Shown here: piece after piece, positions 13,475 to 24,803 of the stretch
Layout of the letters: every line of letters begins with the position of its first letter
How positions within the stretch are numbered: the first letter of the stretch is position 1
NCBI RefSeq assembly: GCF_018350175.1
Contig: NC_058368.1
Span: forward strand, 163,806,001 to 163,870,000
DNA: 64,000 nucleotides
From: Felis catus
Lineage: Eukaryota
Direction of reading: 5' to 3'
Program-made: the position numbers and the translations under genes
The notes under the pieces: generated by a model
What the model saw: the letters and a program-made list of their open reading frames with translations, nothing else
The model's database searches: none
What the model was told of the DNA's origin: nothing

Positions 13475-14780
13475 AAGTGTCGACTTATTGATTGATAACC
13501 AAATAGCTAGTCTGTCCTCACGGAAAATTTTCAACAAGAGTCAGAAATTATATCTCTGCTTTCTTGTATAGAAGGTGTCCTAAGAGATAATGCCTAAGTT
13601 TCAGATATTCATGACTCTTTTCTTTCATTTCAATTTAACATTTGTTGAACACCTACGATGTGTAGGCACTTTCTTAAAGACACAGGCACAGAAGTATGGA
13701 GGTGGAATAAGTTAATTATAATCTGCAGATACTGACACGGTCTTATGAAGGAGGCCATATTTTGGCATCTATAGATGTTGGAGGGTAAGAGAGCCAAGGA
13801 ACGATGTGAGAAATGGCACAGGAATTGCAGCGAAAGAGTATTCTAGGGTAGCAGCAACTAGAAGAGGCTAGATGGAGCAGAGTTAAGCACTAAGGAAAGC
13901 TACATGGGTTAAGTCTGGAAGTTGGACTCATGTTACGGAAACTCTAAATGCCAGGCTGAGGAGTTTGACTTTGTTTATGAATAGTAAAGAATTACTGGAA
14001 CTTTGAACAGAGAAGTGACACAATCTCCAATTACTCGTAACAAAATATAGAGAAGAGTTAGCTGCATGTTTCAGATGCAAGGAGTGATTTACTTTAGGGG
14101 TTTCTGAAAGAAGACGTTTCCTAATTTCTCTCTGATCAAGTATAAGTTCAAAAGAGTGTGTTCCTGAACAAAATACAAGAAAAAAAGAATTATGCTATCT
14201 GAAAGTCTACATTTACTTTTTTATGTTCCACAGAATTTACAAGAATGTCAACAGAATATTTATGCATGGTTAAGATGAACAATATTTAGATGCAAAGTTT
14301 ATAAGAACCTGAACAAAGGAAAAAATGTTTTAAAAACTGCCACTGGGTTATGGATGAAAAGGGCCATTGTAGTAAATTTATCAGTCAATTTCAAAATAAG
14401 AGCCTACAATTACATTTAGGAAAGTCGTATTTCATGGAAATGCAGGAGCACCCTGACCTTTGAATCTACACTGAGTTCTAGCTAAGCCAATTATTAGCTG
14501 CATGAACGTGGGGAATATGTTTTCCCTCCTAAGCCGCAGTTTTCTCATCTGTAAATGTGACTAATAATGTCAACTACATAAGTGAGTTATTGAAATTAAA
14601 ACTTTGTTAAGAGCTTAACAGAGTCCTATTTGCTCATAAGAAACCCTTAATAAATATTTGCCATTTTTACTTTAATACCTGCCTTCTGTTTTTTAGTAAA
14701 ACTTGACAATGAAAAAACAATCATCTTTCGTATTTCACTTCCCTATTTTTCTGTTAATTTGGGTTTTATAAGGAACAGAA

Positions 14781-15438
14781 CAGTTGGTTCTCATTATTCA
14801 CGAATTCCATATTTGTGAATGTGCATACTTACTAAAATTTACTTGTAACCCCCAAATTAATACTCATAGCACTTTCATGGTCGTTCATGGTCATGTGTAA
14901 AGTTGCAAAATATTGAGTTGTCTTGTGTGCCCAGCTGAGGCTGAACAAAGTAATGCTCTCTGTCTTCTCGTTTCAGCTCTTATTTTGTAAACAAGTGTCC
15001 TTTTCCTGGTATATTTAGGCCATGTATTTTGTGTTTTTACATTTTTTCATTTTTGTTTTTGTTACTTTGTGTGCGGGTAATTTTGTTCTCATTGAATTGT
15101 TGGCACGAGTTCCTAAGTGCAAGAAGGCTATGACGTGCCTCATGGAGAGCTTGTCAGAGCTTGTCATCTGCATTAAATAAGCTTCATTCAAGCCTAAGTT
15201 ACAGTGCTGTAAGACTGCAAATTCAATGTTAACAAATTAACAGTAGATATTAAAGTATATTTAAACAGAAACACACATAAAACAAGGTTGTATATTGATA
15301 GGTTCAAGAAAAGTGTTGTGACCAGAGGCATGTGGGAACCTAACCTTGTTTCCCTTAGGAGGAATGGTTCAGTATTCACTAATTCAATGTTTGCAGTTGT
15401 CACAGAACATAACTCCTGAGAATAATGAGAGTTGACTG
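14781..15438 (-). mobile_element. TcMar-Tigger non-autonomous element (MER82-like)
   Basis: Imperfect terminal inverted repeats cagttggttctcattattc / gaataatgagagttgactg, followed by TA; internal sequence resembles the recalled MER82 consensus. Confidence 0.75.
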
Positions 15439-16129
15439 TATTTTTGAAATTCATCCTTTTAACAATGAGTACAGTAATCAATAAACGCAAGAATATGTAC
15501 CTTTGCAAATATAAAAATATTATTTAAAATTTCTGGCAACTTGTTATTTCTTGGCCATTTTATATGGCACAATTATACTAATTTCATTAGCTTATGCTTT
15601 TATAGCTCTTTGTTATAGTCTCCTAATTTTATACTATCAATTTCATGAAAAATCAATTAAAACAATATATAAAGGCTAGTGTTTTCATTATTTTACTGCT
15701 TGGATGTTTGTTTCAGGCTATTTATGTCTTAGTAACCTTCAATTAAATTTCTGTTTGTATTTAACTTCAATGGTTGAGCTTTTTGAGTAACAATCACAAA
15801 ATCCTGATAATAGTGGTATTAATAGAAACCAAATACATCTTTTAATAGTGAGAATGTCATTCTTAGTGAACCAGCAGGAAAGGCTGTGTCTAGATTCTTC
15901 TTGTGAAAACTCAGACACAGAAGCCCAAGGGCTATGTGCTCATAGATCAGCAGGAGAGTCTGGCTCCAATACCACCTTGTAATATAGATTGCTTTCGTCT
16001 CAGGCAGTTTAATATTTTAGAAAAGATCCATAGAGAAAGATCGTTTTCAGAAATTTGTTTTTGTTTCAACAATGTTCCTTAAGAGAAATTCATTATTTTA
16101 ATTTATCTATAGTTATTTTCTAGGCTTTA

Positions 16130-16199
16130 AATTCTTTAATTTGTCTAAGAACAAAGTTCTTTAAGTTCTTTAATTTGTTCTTAGACAAATTAAAGAATT
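16130..16199. repeat. Perfect 26-bp inverted repeat with 18-nt spacer
   Basis: aattctttaatttgtctaagaacaaa (16130-16155) is the reverse complement of 16174-16199. Confidence 0.95.
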
Positions 16200-16649
16200 G
16201 TGGACACTATGCTCTATACAATAGCCCAATGTGTTCATAAAGAGAATTGAAAATGTTAATTAATAAACTTTGCCATTTAAACAAATTGGCCTTTGGCAGT
16301 CAATTAAAAAATTTGAAAAGCACATTATCCAAATTGATTAAGACCTTGCTATCCATGGTATGTACACCTCAGAGACTGAGATGCAAGAAGAAAATAATAG
16401 AATTTCTATTTTTAGAACTTTATCTACAAATATAATTTTAATTGAGCTTTATTAATATTTAATATATAGCTTGTCCCTGCTATATATTGTCATGTAGCCT
16501 GTAGTTCAGGCAGTTACTAGCTAGGAACATGCACCCACGTTTCCACCTCCCAAGGGCAGCGTGTGCGTTCCATACTGGGAGGCATTAACTGCATACCCAC
16601 GGCTGTGTGTTCACTCTCAGCATATTGCAATGTTAAATTAGGATGTGGG

Positions 16650-17960
16650 TAAAGGAATTAAGAAATTAGATTACATTATATTTAAAAACACTTTATAATA
16701 ATTTATAATGATATGGGGCAGTGATCTTGAAAATTTTGCACAATCCAGAGGTTTCCTGGTTATGTTACAGGAAGATAACATGTCAAATTTAAGATTCATC
16801 ATATATTGTATTCTTTACTAAACAAACAAACAGACAAACCAACCAACCAAAAAAAAAAAACAAAAAACCCTCACTTGCAGCTTTGTTGACCTTTTGTGAT
16901 GACAAGTAGCTATCAGTAGTGTGTTACCTAGCAGATATTTGAAAAAATAAGCAGACTTGATTTGCCCCTTCAAGGTAAAGGTCACATTTTAATAATGGAT
17001 GAGAAATGAGCTGCTTTTGAAAGAAACTCATGTTATGAAGAAAGTATTTGGGGGAGATTTCTCTCATTAATGTTTAGTTGCCATACAGAGTGGGTTTCAT
17101 CTATAAAAACTCATATTTCTACATTTTAGGGACTTAGAATTTAAAAATCTTCCAAGTAAGATGTTCTAAATCCATTTGTTAAAAATAGATAGTTTGCATG
17201 GATGAGTGACTGACATCAGGGAAGAAGGAAATTTACTAGCCAAATGTAAATGAAAAACCTTTGCACAATTGGTGAATGGGATTGAAAATGAGTACCATGA
17301 TTTAAGAAGTGTAGCCAATAAGGCATTTCTTCTGTTTGGATCCCTATCTTTGTAAAGTGTGTATATGAGTTACAACAGCCACTAAAACTATGTATGAAAA
17401 TAAACTGAATTCTTAGCTAGGCCTTTGAATTCAGGTCTCACAAAGTGCCAAGATTTTTTTTTTAATAAGGTATATTAAATAAGTTGGTCCCAACAATACT
17501 TTTAAGATGAGAGAGAACATAAGGATTCTTTAGAATCTTTTTTTTTAATTAAAAAAATTTTCTTTAATGTTTATTTTTCAGAGAGACAGCACGAGTGGGG
17601 GAGGGGCAGAGAGAGAAGGAGACACAGAATTTGAAGCAGGCCCCAGGCTCTGAGCTGTCAGCACAGAGCTCCACGTGGGGCTCAAACTCACAAACTGTTA
17701 GATCATGACCTGAGCTGAAGTCAGACGCTGAAACCTTATAAGCCACCCAGGTGACCTAGAATCTTTAATAAGTAAAAAGTTTTAATGTTTATTTTTCATT
17801 TCATCCTTTTAAATTTATATTTTTATGTGTGTAAGTTTAATAATATCAGTATATATTATCAGGGCAGCATATCAATATAATTTATAAGTAAAGTCCCATA
17901 TACTGAGAATATGTGCTTAAATTTTTCTGAAAGGCTTATGTAATGAACAAGTTCAGGTCT
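16650..17960 (+). mobile_element. hAT-Charlie transposase fossil (interrupted by a SINE)
   Basis: Frameshifted peptide YLADI/EKISRLDLPLQGKG near 16926 and a decayed hAT dimerisation-type segment (LLFGS..LC....T.TKT.Y.NKLN) near 17328-17410; boundaries approximate. Confidence 0.6.
17541..17756 (-). mobile_element. Can-SINE
   Basis: TSD tagaatcttt at 17531-17540 and 17757-17766. Confidence 0.9.
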
Positions 17961-18338
17961 TCACTAGTCCGGACTAGCCATGCTAAGAGTAGAGAATGAA
18001 AAGGAGTTGGGGAGATTGGATGTACTTCTCAATTTTCTTTAAAAAAAAAATTTCCCCAAAAGGAGGGTTTAAGGAAAAGCTACTATCATTTGTAATTTAA
18101 AAAGAAAAGGCAATTTAACACCAGAAAATTAGGAAGGACATAATTGCAGAGGAAAGGATAAACCCTTAAACTGAAAATAATTTACGTATGAACAACTCAG
18201 CACATTGTCCTGTGGCCTCTTTGAATACCACTATGGAGCAATACTGGCCTCTTCATCTTAATTCTCACGACCTTCTTTTTTTTCAAATGTCATATCCTTG
18301 CACTTTTGGGTTTTTTTTTTTTTAGTAATTACTTTCTT

Positions 18339-18520
18339 TCTTTTTTTAAATTATTTTGGGGGCAGAGAGAGAGGGAGAAACCGAACTTGAAGTGGACTCC
18401 AGGCTCCACACTGTCAACACAGAGCCTGACGAGGGGCTCCAACCCACTAACGACGAGACCATGAGATCATGACCTGAGCCAAAGTCAGATGCTGAACCGA
18501 CTGAGCCACCCAGGCACCCC
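18339..18520 (-). mobile_element. Can-SINE
   Basis: Head ggggtgcctgggtggctcagtcgg on the minus strand; TSD tagtaatt(a/c)ctttctt. Confidence 0.88.
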
Positions 18521-20034
18521 TAGTAATTCCTTTCTTAGTACCCTATGGATGTTGACCTCTCCTGTGACAGTTGCCCTTCCTCCTTCTTGTCTCTACAGAC
18601 ATTGCGGTCAGAAAAAGCACTCCCGGTCCTAGAGAAACAGTGGCTTCACAGTAGCCAGAGAGTGAACATTTTTGCATTTTCAAGTTAGGTTTTGCTTTCT
18701 GGATGCTAATGGCCCACACTAACCCCTTCACAGTTTTGGTCTCACACAAATATGCATTTGACTCCCTTTCCCTTAGTATATATCCGTCCCCACCCATTAA
18801 TTCCTTCAAATTATGAAAGTCATTTGAATTCTAAGCCTACCTTTTGTGACACTAGAAATCTTTGCATCCGCAGCTCCAATCTCAAAGATCAAACTTCACA
18901 TTCCTATTTTCTTGATTATTACTGAAAGTGTCAAGTTACAGATTTTCAGAAACAACCCCTGAAACCTCATTATTTACTTGCAATATGGGAGAGAATATTG
19001 ATGAAAATGTCTTGTACAATTTGCCAGCTAATTATTTTTTTTCATTAGTCATTGAATGTATATGTTAAAAGAAAAAAAGACCTAACAACACAAAACCACA
19101 GTGGAATCCCCACAAAGTTCTATAGTATGCATATTCTCTTCTTTCCCATCGCCAATGCCATCTCTTGGTTATAGAAAATGAGGTAAATTGGAAGGCACTT
19201 TCATGAAAACAAAATCTGCTGTTAAACATTATTCTAGTTTCATCACAATGTCAACAAAGAAAATATTCCTTGTGCTTTCATTTTCAGTGTGTGGCCTAAG
19301 CTTGTGCCCTTTCAAAAGTTATGTAACAGAGGTTATCAATTTATGCACATGTGCCAAGATTCGCAGTGCGCAAGAATTCAGTGGGAGCAGTCAGGGTCAG
19401 TCCTAGATGAAATTTAAGTTTGGTGTACATCTTGTCCCCTAAAAATACCTTCTTTCCATTGTTCAGTCAATAATATCCTTCCTGCCTTTTCTCCCCACAT
19501 TACTGGATAGTCAACAGTCCTGTCAAGGTGCCTCCTGCAGCATTAATTTCCCAGCAGGAAATTCCTCTCTCACCTCCTGCTCCCACTTATAAGGAAGTGA
19601 ATTAATACAGACTGGCGTTCACCTTTAAACGTTGTTGGCTTCCGGTATGCAGCAATGACAAACTGACTAGATCCAGGAATAGTACGGTATTTATCTCACA
19701 TAGAAAGAATTCTCCAGGAAAAAAAAAAAAGGACAAAATTGAGATGGAGATTATGCTTGGTTACAGAAGCATTGGCATTCCGAGTGTATACCAAAGAAAG
19801 TTCATAAAATACAAGAAGTTTTAATAGAGGTGAGGGTAGGAAGGAAGAGGTGAAACTAGCAATAAAGTGGCAAATGAGGGGATATTTTTCCCTCCCTGGT
19901 CTACAGGTGATGGACAAAAACAAAGCTGCCTTTAGGAGGGACAGATGGAATATTTTCTCTCAAGCATAGAGAGCTAGACCTTGAAGATGGTGATGAAATT
20001 GTGTCAGGACATGACCTCAAATGATGATCCAGAT

Positions 20035-20760
20035 CTCTACAAGGCTTCTTGATATTTGGCAGTCTGGAGAAGCTTGGGTATCTTTTTTGGGGTGCCTGGG
20101 TGGCGCAGTCGGTTAAGCGTCCGACTTCAGCCAGGTCACGATCTCGCGGTCCGTGAGTTCGAGCCCCGCGTCGGGCTCTGGGCTGATGGCTCAGAGCCTG
20201 GAGCCTGTTTCCGATTCTGTGTCTCCCTCTCTCTCTGCCCCTCCCCCGTTCATGCTCTGTCTCTCTCTGTCCCAAAAATAAATAAACGTTGAAAAAAAAA
20301 TTAAAAAAAAAATGTTATTTAAGACTAACATTTTAAAATGTGTTCACCAAAATCACATAGGATTACAAAGGAAATCAATTATACTGAAATACCATTATCA
20401 AAATATTAAAGACAAATTTGAGATATGGTAGCATTTGCCTCTTTAGTCACACATTAGACAATAGGATGTGGTAATGGGCCTAACTGCTGTCTTACTTTTA
20501 AAATAGTGATGAATACAAACTATATATTAATATATGGACAATAACTGTAATACGACATATCTATAATTTCTGTTACTAAAAAGCTGACAGAACAGCTAAT
20601 TTTATAGTGATTTGTTTCCTATTTTATAATGGAGGAAAATCTTAAGTTTCAGTTAGAGGTGACTGAATATAAAGATGTAATTTTTCCCCCATCCAGGTCC
20701 AAGGAGCTTTTAATATTATACTCTCAGGGGTCTTTGGACTCCAGGTTAAGGACTTTCTTA
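20035..20760 (+). mobile_element. hAT-Charlie MER119-like element interrupted by a young SINE
   Basis: cataggattacaaaggaaatcaatt and aagtttcagttagagg...gatgtaattttt...ccaggttaag resemble the recalled MER119 consensus. Confidence 0.6.
20089..20312 (+). mobile_element. Young full-length felid Can-SINE with CpGs retained
   Basis: A-box-like tggcgcagtcgg, B-box-like gttcgagcc, many intact CpGs, (CT)n and A tail. Confidence 0.95.
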
Positions 20761-21577
20761 TCTATGGGCTGGAGAAGTTGGTCACTGCACTGTAAAGTGG
20801 GTGTCTATAGTGGGATAGAGTATATAAGAGTGGTGGAAAGCAAGGTAGGATAGCAAGAAAAAGTTTGGAATAGCAGATTCATAACTAAGATATTTCTGAG
20901 ATCGATTTTCTCTCCTTGATTCTTGGTGCCATCACCCAAATTTAGCCCCTTATCTCTTGCCTGAATTAATGCAAGGCTTTCTAATTCACCCTATAACCCA
21001 ACCTCCCAGCACTGCCCCACAATCTAAAGAATAACTTAATTTATCTTTCATTTATGCTTTGGGGGTTCAAAACTACTCAGTGATTCTTCATTGCCACCCA
21101 CCCACACAAGGTACAGCTCTCTATTGTGAATTTAAGGTTTGTTAGTATTTGGCTTCGGTCTGTCTTTACAATCTGTCTCTGTTAGTCTTCCCCATATACC
21201 TCATGATGCAATCAAATTGGTCCACTTAGAGTTCCTTGGTTGGGTCCAACTACATTCTTATCCAGCCTTTCCCCAGGCTATTACTTCCATCTGGAATTTA
21301 TTCCCCCATTATGTGTGCAGAAATCCGACCCAAGGTACAAGTTTAAGTTCAGTTACCACCCATTATGAGAGTAGGAGCTTGGTACTATTCAACTTGGTTT
21401 TTAGACTAATGATCAGCTGTGTCCCTTGCACACAAAAGATGGTCAATAAGCATTTTAAACTAATGAACAAGACGATTATACATGGGATCTAGAGGAAGTC
21501 CCAAGATGATAAATTTCTAAATTTTAAAAAGAATTCAAGGTAGTTGCTTCAGCAGCAGGTTTGAAAGAGTAGGAGAG

Positions 21578-21676
21578 GGAAACCTGGCTGGCTCAGTTGG
21601 TAGAGCATGTGACTTGCAATCTCGGGGTCATGGGTTCAAGCCCCACCTTGGGCATAGAGTTTACTTAAAAAGAAAA
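21578..21676 (+). mobile_element. Short tRNA-like Can-SINE (old type, no CT tract)
   Basis: ggctggctcagttggtagagcatgtgact...gggttcaagcccca, followed by tagagtttacttaaaaa; flanked by agt(a/g)ggagag. Confidence 0.7.
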
Positions 21677-24293
21677 CAGTGGGAGAGAGAATTCTAATAT
21701 TTGAATAGAAGAATAAGCAGCTAATCAGCAATGAATTGGAGGTCTTTTCTCGCTTTGTTCAGGTTAAACTGTTTTCATTTTATTTGGCTATATTACTTTA
21801 TCTTGTTGTTTCTATTATTATCACCTCCCCACCTAATGAAAAGGAGAAGAGGGTGGTGATATTATGAGACAAGGCCCTGCATATTGTCTGAGAACTATGG
21901 TAGAGTGAATATCAGCATTGGGGTAGGAGGTCTAGAGAATATCCTTTACACTGAGGCTGTTTTTTTTTTTAAGGTTCCTTTTTACATAGTTTTGACTCAG
22001 ACTTTCCATTTCTTAAATGTTGCCTCCCTTTAACCTGTATGAGATTCTGGTTAGAAATTATGCTAACCAACTCCAGCTTCCCAGTTCCCATAGCACCCAT
22101 TACAGAACAAGGCAATCTCATGGCTGCTGATGATATGAGATCTGATGAATTCTCTGTTCCCTATAAATTATTCAAAGGCAATTTCAACTTACCAGAAATG
22201 AATTTCCCTTTCTATGAAAAAAGGTAAGTTTTGGTCATTTTCACCTTAAAATAACCTAATGATACTCAAGACTGAATAGACAGATACAGAATATTTCTCA
22301 AGGAATGTGTCCTGTGAAGGCTAAACTGACCTAAATTTATATCTCTTTACCAGATTCAAATGCAACTTGATATCTGTTAGATGAAAGAGCTGGGTGGGAA
22401 TTAATATTAAACTGACCTTGAGTTCTCTCAATTTCTGATGAAAAGTTTCAAGTTGCAAATGTTCCCTCTGTGCTTTCAGAACACATTTTTCATAGCTAGA
22501 GCAGGTACTCCATTTGCAAGCCTTTTATTTTAAAATGTCTTGGGCAGGAAAAAAATTTTTCTTGGGAGGATTTTGTGCAACTAATTCAATATTATAATTC
22601 CTTGCAATATGCAAACACGTCTGACCACCACACAAAATGGCACACAACAAGAGATTTGGGGACCGTAGCCTTGTTTGCCTCATCATTGTGTTTGGCCCAA
22701 GGAAACAGCAGATGTCAGTCTGTGCCACTATGCAATATTTAGGACAAGGATGACTCAGTTGAAATGGAAACATTATCCTAGTTCTGAGGCAAAAGGGCAG
22801 ATCTGCAAGCAAATACCTTCCATGTAAATGACGATGACAAATGTATCCCAAAGGGAAAGATGCAAATGGCCTATGTACCTCATGAATAATTTGCCTTAAT
22901 TGTCCACTCTTAAACTTGTATCCTAAGAATTCCTTGTGAAGAACAAATACACAAACTTTAATTGGCTGATTCTCCTTTTGTTGGTTTAGCAGATATTTTA
23001 CTGAGGTAAGGAGATAAGGCAATTCCAGGGAAATTAGTGTGTTATGAAACCATAAAATAATTTTCATCCTGATGAAGCCTCTGACATTTTGCTTAAAGCA
23101 TTTGGAATGTGAACAGTGGTTGAAGAGTCTTTAAGCAAAGGTTGTAGGCTTTTGAAACATCTTTCCAAAGCCCCACTGCTACAACCGTGGCTACTGCTAG
23201 GCACTATGGCCTACCAGAAAAATCTATGGGAGAAAGAAGTTCTATGCTTTCTCTTCAAATTTTTGATGCTAAAAAGTAAGAGAGAAATCAAGCATTAAAT
23301 GTATCAGGCTGTATCAGGCAATCAGATATAATCCTATTCTTTTTGTTTGTTTATTGGGGTTGGGTAAGTGGAAGTGTTAGTAAAAAAACAAAACAAAAAA
23401 ACAAAACACCTCAGTACCTAATTACAGATGGGAGGTGGGTGGGTAAGAAGTCCAAATTTACTCTTCCTTTTTTGGTGATAGTTTTCTAAATCAAATACAA
23501 AGATACCAGTGGATTGAGGAACATACTAATTTTCTTCACCATTCCAAAAGCATTTGCCATGTTGTCATTGTTGTCTACTGTGGGAGTTGAAGTCACAACC
23601 TCCCAACCCACAATTTCATGTATGGAACTTTCTCTCTTATGCATCCCCAAGAGCTGGATGAGGTGAGAACTCAGTGCTCTTGAGATGTAGGGAGAGAACA
23701 TGTTGCCCACAAAATTACAATATCCATAGGAAAAATAATACTGTACCCTCGAGGAAAGCCTAAAGTCCTTTGTTTATTCAAATCTAGAAAGAAAAGGGCT
23801 CCTTTATATATTATAGATAAAAAACCCCACACATTACCAAAGACCTATGTGTTTTTTAGAAAGGGAACTATTAAAGAAAGATCTCTTTAAAAGTTCCTAA
23901 TGTTTTGCAGGTTTGGTTTTGTTTTGTTTTTTTATCATGCATTAATCTTCCCTTTTTTCCTCAGAGGTGTTTTAGCCTTTTCCTACTTTGAACAACAGAG
24001 CCTGTGCTAGCAGAAATAGAAGGCCATACTCTTTGAGGAGCTGCATCTCTGGTAAAATGCAAATTTTACAGAGCATCAGTTCTCAACTTTAGTGTGTGTG
24101 ACATTCACAGTGTGTCTGTGTCTATTTATTGTAATACATATTCTACTTATAATAAATCTATAATTTATTATAATTTCTGATTATAATAAACCTATTATTT
24201 ATTATAATTCCCATCCCATAAATTGAGATTTGAAAAACCTGATATGATACCCAGAGGTCTCTGACAAATGCCTGGGTGATTCAAATTTGTAGC

Positions 24294-24368
24294 TTTTTTT
24301 TTTTAATTTTTAATGTTTTATTTATTTTTGAGAGAGAGAGAGACAGAGCTTGAGTGAGAGAGGGGCAA

Positions 24369-24419
<51 letters not shown>

Positions 24420-24545
24420 ATCCAGGCAGGCTCCAGGCTCTGAGCTGTCAGCACAGAGCCTGACGCGGGGTGGAACTCACAAACCGCGAGATCATGACCT
24501 GAGCTGAAGTCGGATGCTTAACCAGCTGAGCCACCTAGGCGCCCC
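24294..24545 (-). mobile_element. Can-SINE with expanded (GA)n
   Basis: Head at 24545, T-tail at about 24294-24330. Confidence 0.9.
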
Positions 24546-24803
24546 GTGGTTTGTTTTTTTTTTTTTTTTTTTTGTTTTTTTTTTTTTTTTTAATTTTTAC
24601 TGTTCTATTTATTTTTGAGAGAGAGACAGAGCATGGGGGGGGGGAAGGGGGGAGGGGCAGAGAGAGAGGAGACACAGGATCCAAAGCAGGCTCCAGGCCC
24701 TGAGCTGCCAGCACAGAGCCCAATGTGAGGCTTGAACTCACAAGCTGTGAGATCAAGACCTGAGCCAAAGTCGGGGGCTCCTCCTGAGCCACTTAGGCAC
24801 CCC
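24546..24803 (-). mobile_element. Can-SINE with long poly(A), head-to-tail with the preceding copy
   Basis: Head at 24803, long T-run at 24549-24598. Confidence 0.9.

Noticed and set aside
19901..20292. ORFs such as MGQRETEHERGRGRER and the MAQLVK/MTQSIK-type ORFs elsewhere
   Set aside because: Translations of Can-SINE sequence
21582..21655. Possible tRNA gene
   Set aside because: tRNA-like head followed by a SINE-type 3' tail and flanking direct repeats; better explained as a Can-SINE
22525..23067. Longest ORF in the track (180 aa)
   Set aside because: No recognisable domain and no convincing splice signals; composition looks like random intronic DNA
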